From the NCBI RefSeq assembly GCF_004010195.1, contig NC_057756.1, forward strand, positions 5,952,811-6,002,075: DNA of 49,265 bases, given 5' to 3'. The position numbers and the translations under genes were made by a program. The notes beneath the pieces were generated by a model that was given only the letters and a program-made list of their open reading frames with translations, was not told the DNA's origin and made no database searches. Positions 36,610 through 48,277 of this stretch are shown here, piece by piece. Within the stretch, counting starts at the first letter, position 1. Each line of letters begins with the position of its first letter. The DNA is from Chiloscyllium plagiosum. Its lineage: Eukaryota.

Positions 36610-37430
36610 CTGAAGGGCCTACTGTGTACTGTGTCATCTGAGGATCCTACAGTAAATCAGGTTGGTGGGCTGAAGAGCCTACTGTGTACACAGAACATAG
36701 AACATTACAGCGCAGTACAGGCCCTTCGGCCCTCGATGTTGTGCTGACCTGTCATACTAATCTGAAGCCCATCCCACCTACACTATTCCATGTACGCCCA
36801 TATGCCTGTCCAATGACGACTTAAATGCACTTAAACTTGGTGAATCTACTACCATTGCAGGCAAAGCATTCCATACCCTTACTACTCTCTGAGTAAAGAA
36901 CCTACCTCTGACATCTGTCTTATACCTATCTCCCCTCACTTTAAAGTTGTGTCCCCTCGTGTTTGCCATCCCCATACTTGGAAAAAGGCTCTCCCTGTCC
37001 ACCCTATCTAACCCTTTGATTATCTTTTATGTCTCTATTAAGTCGCCTCTCAAACTTCTTCTCTCTAACGAGAACAGCCTCAAGGCCCTCAGCCTTTCCT
37101 TGTAAGACATTCCTTCCATACCAGGCAACATCCTAGTAAATCTCCTCTGCATCCTTTCCAAAGCTTCCGCATCCTTCTTATAATGCGGTGACCAGAACTG
37201 TACACAATACTCCAAGTGTGGCCGTACCAGAGCTTTGTACAGCGCCATCTTTGCTTTGTACTGTACCATCTGATGATCCCACAGTAAATCAGGTTGATGG
37301 GCTGAAGGGCCTACTGCATACTGTGTCAGCTGATGATCCCACAGTAAATCAGGTTGATGGGCTGAAGGGCCTACTGCATACTGTGTCAGCTGAGGATCCC
37401 ACAGTAAATCAGATTGATGGGCTGAAGGTC
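36610..37430 (+). repeat. 60-bp minisatellite (about 3 copies at 37255-37430 plus a copy at 36610-36690) split by an antisense CR1 (36690-37245)
   Basis: Unit tgatgatcccacagtaaatcaggttgatgggctgaagggcctactgcatactgtgtcagc; CR1 motif [20 protein letters not shown] on the minus strand. Confidence 0.88.
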
Positions 37431-37909
37431 AGTGAAAGTTTGATGAGGCCTGTTGAACAGTCAGCATAATTCCCTGTACTGAGGGATCTCGGGTCACTTA
37501 CCGAAGCAGTTAGGGAATTCCAACACTTCCTGAGGAAGTGGTGAGTGTGAATACAATTACAGCATTTCGAAGACATTTGGATCAGTACATGGAAAGGAAA
37601 GGTTTGGAGGGATGTGTGCCAGGAGAAAGCAAGTGGGACTAGTTTAGTTTGGGATTATGTTCGACATGGACTGGTTAGCCCGAAGGCTCTGTTACCTTGC
37701 TGTATGACTCCATAACAAAGCCAGAGGGATAAGGGTGGGTGTGTGGGAAAATTGAAAGTTACACACTTGGTATAGTCATATCAGGAAGTCAAACTGAAGC
37801 CTTGAAGAGCATCCATGGGCTATTGGGGGAGAACATGTTACCACGTTTAGTTTCTTGGTCAAACATCTACTGTTTGAGCTTCATAAATTTGTGTGTCGTC
37901 AATGACAGG

Positions 37910-38100
37910 TGAAAAATGTGTTGCAGGAAAAGTGCAGCAGGTCAGGCAGCATTCAAGGAGCAGGAGAATCGACCTTTGAAGAAGGGCTTATGCCCGAAAC
38001 GTCGATTCTCCTGCCCCTTGGATGCTTCCGGACCTGCTGCGCTTTTCTAGCAACACATTTTTCAGCTCTGATCTCCAGCATCTGCAGTCCTCACTTTCTC
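37910..38100 (+). mobile_element. Penelope-derived foldback element
   Basis: aaaatgtgttgc.ggaaaag...cttttctagcaacacattttt inverted arms with a gaagaagggcttatgcccgaaacgtc core. Confidence 0.7.
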
Positions 38101-38785
38101 CTCGTCAATGATAGGGCCAATTAAGTATGTAAAAGCTTTGTGTAGAATTTAGAACATCAAGTAGTGATCTGATCAAAGATATTAACAGGAAGACATTGGG
38201 TCGAGAAAGACAAGCTATTTCCATTAGTTGGGTGTTCGATAACTAGACAGGGTACAGTCTGAGAATGAGGGCCAGACAATCTCGGAGAGATGTTCGGAAA
38301 CATTTCCACGCACAGAGGGTGCAGGAGGTTTTCAGCTGCCTTCCACAAATGGCAGTGGATGTGGATTCAATGTTAGTTTTTGATCTGTGAAGCAAAGGCG
38401 TTAAGGAGTTAGGGGGCCAAAGGTAGGTCACAAACAGCCAGGATCTCACTGCACAGACATGAGGGGCTGAATGGCCTACTTCCATCTTCCCGTGCCGACA
38501 ATGTGTGGAGCAGGAGACAGAGCGATAAAGTGCTCCACTGTGGGTGACTGCGGTGCTCCATTTAAACAGTGTGTTATATTCACCCCAGCAAAATTGAGCC
38601 TGTGTGTTCCTCAATTCATTTAGAAGCAGCTGTGGTCGAGTTGATATGATACAGCGAAAGTCAAAGAACGGCAGATGGCTCAAAATAGAGTTGGATATTC
38701 TGGTTTCACATGCAGTAACCTTGACTGTCTGTGTCAGTTCTGAGTGGGAGATAATGCCAGTATATTGTTTTACATTTATCTGCAG

Positions 38786-39091
38786 ACCACCCACCAAAGC
38801 CCATTTTGTCGCTTGACATGAAACGTGAAATCTTCACACCAATGGACACACTCCAATTAAAATGTACTACTCGGAGTTATTATGTGGGGAGTACCTTTTA
38901 TTTGAAGAAAACAGGAGACAGTTCCTTTGGTGCCACTCAAACCGCTCCCGAAGGGGCGTATAGCATGATCTTCTTCATCCACGATATGGATCTGAGCCAC
39001 AGTGGGAACTACACCTGTCACTATCAAACAAACAGATCAGGATCGCCTCGAAACTCAAGCAGCAGTGACTCTGTGAAGGTGGTCGTCACAG
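38786..39091 (+). CDS. C2-type immunoglobulin domain exon (LILR/KIR/CHIR/IGSF1-like signature)
   Basis: tttatctgcag|...cacag|gtaagt, 306 bp, phase 1-1. HPPKPILSL...LKC...FYLKKTG...FFI...SGNYTCHY...SDSVKVVVT, with 50 aa between the cysteines and no C-strand Trp. Confidence 0.9.
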
Positions 39092-39624
39092 GTAAGTAAG
39101 GGAGAGTGACCAACAGAAACACACTGTCCACTGTCACAATCCATCAGTCCCATCAAACCATCCCCAGCGTCCTGTTCTGTGCCACATTGCAATCAGGAAA
39201 CAAGCTTTGTCGCTTTGTGACATGATAAACAAAACCAGAAATTGCTGGAAAAACTCAGTTGGTCTGGCAGCATCTGTGTGGAGAGAGCAGAGTTAATATT
39301 CGAGCCCAGTGACCACACTTGCGAATTTTGGTTTTATTTATTGTTGTCAAATATACCGAGATACAGTGAAAAGTGTTGTTTCCCATGCTCTACAGGCAGA
39401 TTGTACTGTACAGAGTCAGGATACAGAGAAGGTGCAAGGAGTGTCATTAACATTTGGAAGGTCCATTCATAAGTCTGATAACAACGGGGAAGAAGCTGAT
39501 CTTGAATCTGTTCATACTTGTGTACGTCTGCCTGATGGAAGAGGGTGGAGTAGAGTACAACTGGTATGGGAGGGGTCTTTGATTATATTGGTTGATTCCC
39601 CAAGTCAGTGGGAAGTATAGTTGT

Positions 39625-39822
39625 AGCTGAAAATGTGTTGCCGGAAAAGCACAGCAGGTCAGGCAGCATCCAGGGAACAGGAGAATCGACGTTTCGGGCA
39701 TAAGCCCTTATGCCCGAAACGTCGATTCTCCTGTTCCCTGGATGCTGCCTGACCTGCTGCACTTTTCCAGCAACACATTTTCAGCTCTGATCCCCAGCAT
39801 CTGCAGACCTCACTTTCTCCCA
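39625..39822. mobile_element. Young Penelope-derived palindromic element with a 13-bp TSD
   Basis: 80-bp arms at 39625-39704 and 39707-39786; gaagtatagttgt duplicated at 39612-39624 and 39823-39835. Confidence 0.85.
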
Positions 39823-40577
39823 GAAGTATAGTTGTGGTCGATGGAAGGAAGGCTGTTTGGTGTGATGGATTGGGCTGTGTTTGTGACTCTCTGTAGTTTC
39901 TTGCGGTCTTGGGAAAGCTGTCATACCGAGCTGTGATGCATCCAGACAGAATGCTTTCCATGATGCATCTATAAAAATGGGTAAGAGTCATTGTGGACAT
40001 GCTGAAAATCCTGAGCCTCCTGAGGAAGGAGAGGCATTGGTGCATTTTGTCATGACAAGATTGTAGCGAGGAAAATGTTGGCGTACTTCGGGGGAAGGAG
40101 GGGGAGATGGAGGCCAGGGAGAGGAAATGACCATTGGGCAGATATAGGACAGAATAATGTCAGCCTGGGAGGGTGAACTGTTGCTAATGGGGACCAGAAT
40201 GAGTTGTTTGTGGTATCAGTCCACCTGATATCTGGGGATGAGGCTATGGAGTTGGGAGAAGGTGTCTCATACCTTAAAATTGTTGAATTAGACATTGAGT
40301 CCAGAAGGTGACAGAGTTCCCAAGTGGAAAATGAGATGTGACTCTTGGAGCTTGTACTGAGTTTCCCTGGAACTCTGCAACAATCCTGAGACAGAGATGT
40401 TTACCAGGTAACAGGGTGGGGTATTGTAGTGGTAAGCAGCTGGAAGCTGAGGGTCTTGTTTGCAGAAAGAATGTAGGAGCTCTGGAAAGCAGTCACCTAG
40501 TGCACACATCACTTCCCCAATGCAGAAGAGACCATATTGTGACCAGCAAGTACAGTACATTGAGGGAATGGTTCTTT

Positions 40578-40877
40578 ATAGATTAGATTACATTACAGTT
40601 TGGAAACAGGCCCTTCGGCCCAACAAGTCCACACCGACCCACCGAAGCGAAACCCACCCATACCCCGACATTTACCCCTTTACCTAACACTATGGGCAAT
40701 TTAGCCTGGCCAATTCACCTGACCTGCACATCTTTGGACTGTGGGAGGAAACCGGAGCACCCGGAGGAAACCCACGCAGACACGGGGAGAACGTGCAAAC
40801 TCCACACAGTCAGTCGCCTGAGTCGGGAATTGAACCCGGGTCTCTGGCGCTGTGAGGCAGCAGTGCTAACCTGTGCC
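40578..40877 (-). mobile_element. HE1/V-SINE
   Basis: Reverse complement of the SINE consensus. Confidence 0.9.
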
Positions 40878-40879
40878 AG

Positions 40880-42110
40880 GTAAATTCGATCATGGCTGTT
40901 CTGTTTCTCAATTGCATTCTCCTGCCTTCTCCCTGTAGCCCCTGATCCCCTGACTAGTAACGAACCTATCCATCTCTGTCTTAAAGACACTCAATGACTT
41001 GGCCTCCACAGCCCTTTGTGACAACATGTTCCACAGATTCGCCACCGTGTGGCTGAAGGAATTCCTCCTCACCTCAGCTCAGAAGGTAGAAATGTCAAAT
41101 ACTAGGGGGCATAGGTTTAAGGTGAGGGGAGAAAGTTCAAAGCAGATGTGTGAAGCAAAGCTTTTTGTACAGAGGATGATAGGTGCGTGGAATGCACTCT
41201 AAATCCCGTCACTCTGAGGTTATGTGCCTGTGTCCTAATCTTCTCTCCCAAGGGAAACATCTTCTCCATGTCCAGGTCTCTCAGAACTCTGTACGTTTCA
41301 ATCAGATTCTCCCTCATCTTTCTAAACTCCATGGAGTACAGACCCAGAAACCTCAGGCTCTCTTCATAAGACATGTTGTTCATCCCCAGGATCTTCCTTG
41401 TAAATCCCACGTGGACCCCTCACAGTCCAGCACATCCTTCCTTAGATATGGGGTCTGAAACTGCTCACAATGTTCCAAATGTGGTCTGACCGGAGCCTAA
41501 TACAGCCTCAACAGCACAACTCTGCTCTTGTATTCTAACCCTCTCAAAATGAATGCTAACATTACATTTGTCGTCCTAATTGCCAACTGAAGCTTCCTGT
41601 GAACCTGAAGAGAACCTGAACTCGGATTCGCAAGGCCCTGGGCACTTCAGACTTATTCTATTTCGACAATAGACTATGCCTCTATTCTTCCGACCAAAGT
41701 GCGTATTCTCACATTTTCCCACACCACGTTCCATCTGCCACTTCTTGACCCACTCTCCCAGCCTGTCCAAGTCCTTCTGCAGCCTCCCCACCTCCTCACC
41801 ATTACACGACCCTCCACCTATCATTGTACAAACTGCACAGATAGAAAACATGTCCTCAGTTCCTTTGTGTAGATTATGAAGATATGGTGTGAATAGTTGT
41901 GGTCCCTACACTGACCCCTGTGGAACTTCACTAGTCATCGGCTGCCATCCTGAAAAAGACCTCTTTATCCCTACTCTGTACTTGCTGCCAGTCAGCCAAT
42001 CCTCTATCCATGCCAATACCTTGCCCCTGATATCACAGACTCACATTTCACAGCCTCCCTGTACAGCACATTGGCTGTGACCTACTGGAACTCCAAATAG
42101 ATTACATCCA
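40880..42110 (-). mobile_element. CR1 fragment(s)
   Basis: LQKDLDRLGEWVKKWQM and FTRKILGM remnants. Confidence 0.8.
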
Positions 42111-42139
42111 CTAGTTGTCACCTCCTTCTAGATTTAAAC

Positions 42140-43306
42140 AGCTGTCGAGGCATACAACATTGAAACAGACCTTTCAGTCCTACTCATCCATGCTGGCCAC
42201 GTTTCTTAAACTAAACTAGTCCCACTTGGCTTGCGTTTTGCCCTTTCCTATCCATGGACCTGCCCAAATACCTTTGAAATGTTATAACTGTACCTGCATC
42301 TGCTACTTCCTCTGGCAGTTCACTCCACATGCACACTGCCCTCTGTGTGCAAATGTTGCCCCCGTCAGGACCCTTTCAAATCTTTCCCTGCACACCGCAA
42401 ACCTATGCCCTCTAGTTTTGAACTCTGACACAACACTATGGCTTTCAAGAGGTTATTTTGTCCTGTGTTTTGTTTTGAAGAGAGGTTGTAAGGCAGAGGC
42501 GACTGGCCAGCTACTGAAGACCACTTGAGCAAACAGCGTGAGGCCTTGGGTATTTTTTGAAAGGTGGAACAATGGAAGCAACCTTGCTGTGGCCAGCTCT
42601 CACAGACCAGGATGTCCAGGATTTGGTTTAGGTTTGAGGTTTAGGCTTAAGCAGAAGCTAATGGGCTCTCAAAGGAATTGGAAGCTTCAATGAACATCTC
42701 TTGGCTTTTACTTTCTCTGAATCTTCTCTCGATGTGTTTTACCTCATGGATTGGAGAAGTGCATATGAGAATTTGTGTCTGAATTTACCTTTTTTTGCCA
42801 AGGGGTGTATTTATGGAATGTTACTGTATTGGGACAGTTAATTAGTGACAGGCGCAGTGTCTATTATTTGGTTAAGTTTACAGTTGAGTTAAGGTATTCT
42901 AAATTCCTCCTCTTTCTTTCTTTGTGTTTTAACTAGTGTTTAAATAAACTGTGTTTTATTAAACTTCGAGTAGTTTGACCAGCCGCATTGCATCCGGAAC
43001 AGATTCTCTAAAATTCATTCACCTTCAAAGCAAGAAAATGTTGGGGTCTAGATTACTGCCTTAAAATATGTTGAGGGGGTCTGATCTGGTCGACAAGAAC
43101 ACCCCCCACCCCAGGTACAAGACCTTTCCCATTCACTTTATCTATGCCACTCGTAATTATATAAATCGCTGTCAGGTCACCCCTCAACCTCCTCTGTTGC
43201 GGGGAATTAAGTCCCAGTCTATTGAGCCTCTCCTGATAACTCAAAACCTCCAACCCTGGTAATGATTTTGTAAATCTTTTCTGCCCCCTCTCCAATTTAA
43301 TAATAT
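42140..43306 (-). mobile_element. CR1 3' fragment interrupted by a solo LTR, ending at the SRCR3 acceptor
   Basis: Minus-strand IIKLERGQKRFTKSLPGLEVLSYQERLNRLGL...RRLRGDL. Confidence 0.85.
42426..43098 (+). mobile_element. Solo LTR
   Basis: Interrupts CR1 at ttttgaactc|...|acacccccc with an imperfect actc/acac duplication; internal AATAAA; related to 34280-34922. Confidence 0.65.
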
Positions 43307-43308
43307 AG

Positions 43309-43623
43309 ACTTGATCCAAATACGGTTGGTGAATGGGACGGATGCGTGTTCCGGGAGAGTTGAACTCAATTACAAGGACATTTGGGGAGCAGTTTGCGAT
43401 GATGCGTGGGACCTTCGGGACGCGGACGTTGCTTGTAAACAAATGGGCTGTGGACCAGCCAGATCAGCCCCAGGGAGCGCTCAGTTTGGCGAGGCCACTG
43501 GAACCTTCTGGTTGGATGATGTTGAGTGTAAGGGGCATGAGTCACACTTGCTCCAGTGTCCGTCGAACCCAGTTGGAAAACACAACTGCAACGCAGGAGA
43601 GGCAGCGGCTGTTACTTGCTCAG
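43309..43623 (+). CDS. SRCR domain exon 3 (group B, 8 Cys)
   Basis: taatatag|...ctcag|gtgtgt, 315 bp; LIQIRLVNGTDACSGRVE...WGAVCDDAWD...FWLDDVEC...HNCNAGEAAAVTCS. Confidence 0.93.
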
Positions 43624-43740
43624 GTGTGTTTTGTGTCATTCAATTGTTCCTCTTCAATGTAACCAAGATATTTTGAAGGGAAAGATAATCGCCGAGAACT
43701 ACACTGATGATTATAAATACATGAAAACGTGCATAATTAA

Positions 43741-44860
43741 AGAGTCATAGAGTCATATAGCACAGAATCAGGCCCTTCGGCCCAACACTGCAATGCCCAC
43801 CCAGATTCTTAAACTGAACTAGTCCAATTTGCTTGTGTTTGGCCCATATCCCTCTAAACCTTTCCTATCCATGTACCCATCTAGATGCCTGTTAAATGTT
43901 GTGATTGTACCCACCTCTATCACTTCCCTCTGGCAGCTCATTCCATACACGCACCCCGCTCTGTGTGAGAACATTGCTGGTCAGGTCCTCTTGTCTTATA
44001 CTTGTACCCTCTAGTTTTGGAATCCCCTACCCTGAGGAAAAGACCTTGCCTCCTCACCTTATCTATCCCCCTTGTGATTTCATAAATCTCTGGAAGGTCA
44101 TCCCTCAGTCTCCGACGCTCCAGGGATAAAGATCCCAACCCATCCAGCCCCTCCTTATAACTCAAACCTTCCAGTCCCGGCAACATCCTCATCAAGTTTT
44201 TCTGCACCCTTTCCTGTTTCACAACATCCTCCCTATAAGAGTGACCAGAATTATATGTGTTCTGAAAATGACCTCACCAATGTCTTGTGCAGCCATAACA
44301 TGCCATCCCAACTCTAACACACATTGCTCAGACCGATGAAGGTGAGTGTGCCAAATGCCTTCTTAATGACCCTGTCCACCCATGACACCAACAATGTACC
44401 TGCACCCTCTGTTCAATAACACTCCTCATGGTCCTACCATTAACTGTGTAAGTCCTGCCTTGATTTATCTTACCAAAATGCAACACCTCACGTTGATCAA
44501 AATTAAACTCCATCTCGCACCCCGAACCCCATTGGCCCAGCTGATCAAGATCTGATTGTACTCTTAGACAACCGTCTTCTCTGTCCACCACCCCACCAAT
44601 GTTGGTGTCATCTGCAAACTTACTGACCATGCCTCCTAAATTCTCATCCAAATTGTTGAGATAAATGACAAACCACAGTGGACCCAGCACTGATCCTTGT
44701 GGGACACCATTGGTCACAGGCCTCTAGTCTGAATAACAACCCTCTACCACCATCTTCTGCCTCCTCCTATCAAACCAATTTTGTAACCAATTACTTTCCC
44801 TCCCTGGATCCCATGTAATCTAGCCTTACTAACCAGTCAACCATGTGGGATCTTGTCGAT
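43741..44860 (-). mobile_element. CR1 with RT remnant
   Basis: GVPQGSVLGPLWF...VSKFADDT. Confidence 0.9.
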
Positions 44861-46598
44861 ACAGTAAGGTGCTGGGTGCTATGAAGAGAATGTCAACTAT
44901 TCCACGCACATCAATTTGGAGTCATAGAGTACAGAGGAGGCCCTTCAGCCCATCTAGTCTGAGTGGATCTATGTTTTCCCATTTTGCCTCACTAGTTCAA
45001 CAGCCTTAAATGTTATGACATTTTGAGCCCAATTCCAAGTAATTTTTAAAAGTTGGGACATTTCCCACCTCAACTACCCGCCCAGGCAATGCATTCCATA
45101 CCCCCACACCCTCTGGGTGAATTTTCGTCCCCTCAAATCACCTCCAAACCTTCACTTTAAATTATTGCCCCCCTAGTTATTGACCCTGTGCCTGAAAGGA
45201 ACAGAATCCTCCAACCGCTAAGCAAAGTGCACATAGTGTAATTGGTTCCCACGTTACCTTTGAGCTGTGCCTGATCAATGAAATGATTTGTTGCGATAAT
45301 GTGAGTCCTCAACACCGCCATAGGCTTGCTGAATCACTGATGCTGAGAAATCAGAGAAACTCAGACTAACACAAGTGGTCCCCAATTCTTGTGCCTCACC
45401 CCTCATTCCTGCTATTGCAAATTAAAAACCAACCTCAGTTTTGATACACAGAAACAGAAAACCTCACTTTGTTATTGCACATAGACACACAGATAGAACA
45501 TTCCCCCACTGGACAGCAGCACAGGCTCTACCGAGATCAAACTGACCTGCGTCGACCCACAGAGAAGAACATTGGGAGGGGCAGTGGTGCGTTTTACTTT
45601 TACATTCAGTTACCAGATGTGGGCTTTATTGCCCATCCCTAATTGCCCCAGAGGGTGGTTCAGTGTCAACCACATTACTGTGAGATCTGGAGTCACATGT
45701 AGGCTTAGATCCGGGTAGAGACAGGTGAATTCTCCTCCTCTCCCCAGGGTGAGGGCATCGCTGGCCAGGCCTCCATTTATCACCCAACCCTAATTGCCCC
45801 AGAGGGCAGTTAAAAGTCAACCACATTGCTGTGGGTCTGGAGTCACATGTAGGCCAGACCAGGTAAGGATGGCAGATTTCCTTCCCTAAAGGACATTGGG
45901 AACCGGAATTTTCTGACAATCAGCAATGCTTTCATGGTCGCCATCGACTCTTAATTCCAGATTTTTATTCAATTCAAATTCCACTATCTGCCATGGGAGG
46001 ATTCGAACCTGGATCCTGAGAACAACAATAATACCACAAGGTCATCACCTCCCGTTACATTGGTAAATTCGTAAATCAGGAGAGTTTTTCGACCATGGTC
46101 ATCATGCAATACTTAATTTCAGATGTTTTAAAATTTAATTCAATTTGCTTCTGTCTCACAATGTTCAAACATCTGAATGGAAGCAGAAGAGACAAAAAAA
46201 CTATCGATGACGCAGCCTCACCTCTCAAAACGACACGTTCATTAAAAAGGAATATGTTTATGGGATATGGAGAAGACCATTGAGCCAAATCCGTCATTCA
46301 ATAGCTGACCTATGGCCTAACGTCATCGACCCGCCTTTGGTTCCTATTCACTTAATGCTTTTGCTTAACAAAACCTTACCTCTCTCAGATTTAAAACTAA
46401 CAACTGATCCAGCACTCTTTGTAGAAGAGAGTTCCAACCCTCTTCTACCCTGTGCGTGTTAATGTGCTTCCTAACCTCTTCCCCGGCCCGAATTCTCAGA
46501 CTATCTCTCCCTAGTTCTAGAATCAGTAACCAGTAGAAGTACTCTATGAAGTTTATCTTAAGAATCTGCAATATCTTAAATCCGCTTCCCTCCTTTAG

Positions 46599-46913
46599 AT
46601 CCGATTGCACTGCGATTCATGAATGGGACGGACAAGTGTTCTGGGAGAGTTGAGCTCTATTATAACGACAGCTGGACAGCCATCTGTGATGATGGTTGGG
46701 ACATAGATGATGCCAATGTCGTTTGCCGTCAACTGGGCTGTGGGCAAGCCACGTCGGCTCCAGGGGGTGCCCACTTTGGCATGGTACCTGCAGAGTTCTG
46801 GTCATATACAGTCAAATGTAAAGGGACTGAGTCTAACCTCGTCAAGTGTCAAACAAGGTCAATGGAAGGAGACCACTGCAGATCAGGATCTGCAGCTTTT
46901 GTTATTTGCTCAG
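46599..46913 (+). CDS. SRCR domain exon 4 (group B, 8 Cys, divergent)
   Basis: cttccctcctttag|...ctcag|gtaaag, 315 bp; PIALRFMNGTDKCSGRVELYYNDSWTAICDDGWD...HCRSGSAAFVICS. Confidence 0.93.
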
Positions 46914-48277
46914 GTAAAGACCGAGTCACATGACTTAAGTAACATTTGTGTCACACAAGTCCCAGATAATGAACATCTCCAATAAGAGAGAATCTAACTA
47001 TGGTGTTCAGTGGTATCACCATCACTGAATCCTTCCCCATCAACATCCTGGGGATTACCATTGAGAGAGATTGTAACCGTAGTCCTTTGATGTTGAATGT
47101 TGTTACCATCCGTGGTTCAAGAAGGCCACTCACTATCGCCTTCTCAAGGGGACTACCAGGAACACGTCACAACAGAAATCTTCCTCTTGCAACAACATCA
47201 ATTGTTGGAGAAACTCAGCAGGTCTAGCAGCATCTGTGGGGAGTGAGTCAGAGAAACAGAGTTGCCATTACAGGTTATAAAGTGCTGGAGAACCTCAGCA
47301 GGGCTGGCAGCCTCTTGGGAGAGAGAGAGAGAGACAGAGCAAATGTTTCAGGTCCTGTGACCCTTCATCAGAACTGATAGTAACCTGGAAAATTTGTTTG
47401 GTATTTGTGCTGAAGAAGGGAGGGTTTGGGGATAAGGATTGAGCAGATAGGCAGAGATGGAGCCCAGAGAGAGAGGGAGAGCCAGTTAGACAGACATAGG
47501 GATGGATAATGATAATCCTGGGAAGGGAGGAGAGCTGATAGTGGGGACCGTGAGTAGGTGAGAATGGGTTGATGGTCATGTGAAGGTTGGGTAGAGGATA
47601 TCGAAGGAGGTGTATCAGACTGAACTCAATAATGAGTCTGGAAGGCTGCAGGGTCTTCAAGGGGGAGATGAGATGCTGTTGTTCTGAGCTTCACTGGAGC
47701 ACTGCAGCAAGACTCTGAGATGGGAATGTTGGCTGGAGGATCACGGTGGGGCACTGAAGGAGCAGGTGACTGGAAGCTCAGGATCAGTTTTACAGACAGG
47801 GCGTAGGTGTGCTATCGGGCCACCCAGTCTCATTTCCTTTTCTGATTAACCTGCTCAGAAACATTCAGCTGCATTGCTGGATTAGATGGGGACTTGGACC
47901 AAGACTTTCTGGCCCAGAGGTTGGAATCATCCCTTATGATATTACAACACACTTTTCAACATAATATGCCAAAGATTTTACATTTGCTGAGGAGAATACC
48001 AAACATCTCCCAGCCTTAGTGTGTCAAAGTGCTTCCTAACCTCTCTCCTAAATTAGGACTGGCCCTTATTATCCCTCCAGTGAGGAAGCAGGCCATTCAG
48101 CCCATCGAGTCTACACTGACCCTCAAAGAGCATCCCACCCAGATCCTCTGCCCTACCCTATCCTTTGTTTGGAGGAGCCAGTGTTGGACTGGGGTGGACA
48201 AAGTTAAAAATAAAAACAACAGATTATAGTCCAACATGTTTATTTGGAAGCAGGAGCTTTCAGAGCACCTGATCAAC

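Larger units (their letters stand above)
22158..46913 (+). other. Multi-exon gene (3' incomplete): secreted or membrane SRCR group B / Ig mosaic receptor (leader-SRCR-SRCR*-Ig-SRCR-SRCR...), DMBT1/CD163/WC1-like superfamily
   Basis: Seven exons with AG/GT boundaries and compatible phase-1 junctions. Spliced start reads MALWSLLFFINSIHLMVLKCQAST-ETVRMRLADGGGPCSGRVE. No TM or stop exon inside the window. Confidence 0.88.

Noticed and set aside
37188..37469. ORF with 20-aa repeats ([20 protein letters not shown]) as a possible SRCR-interspersed linker exon
   Set aside because: It is the 60-bp minisatellite, starts in antisense CR1 and lacks convincing splice sites.
22158..46913. Assigning the symbol DMBT1, CD163 or WC1
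   Set aside because: No CUB/ZP domains or SID linker exons are seen and an Ig exon is present; orthology cannot be established from this window.
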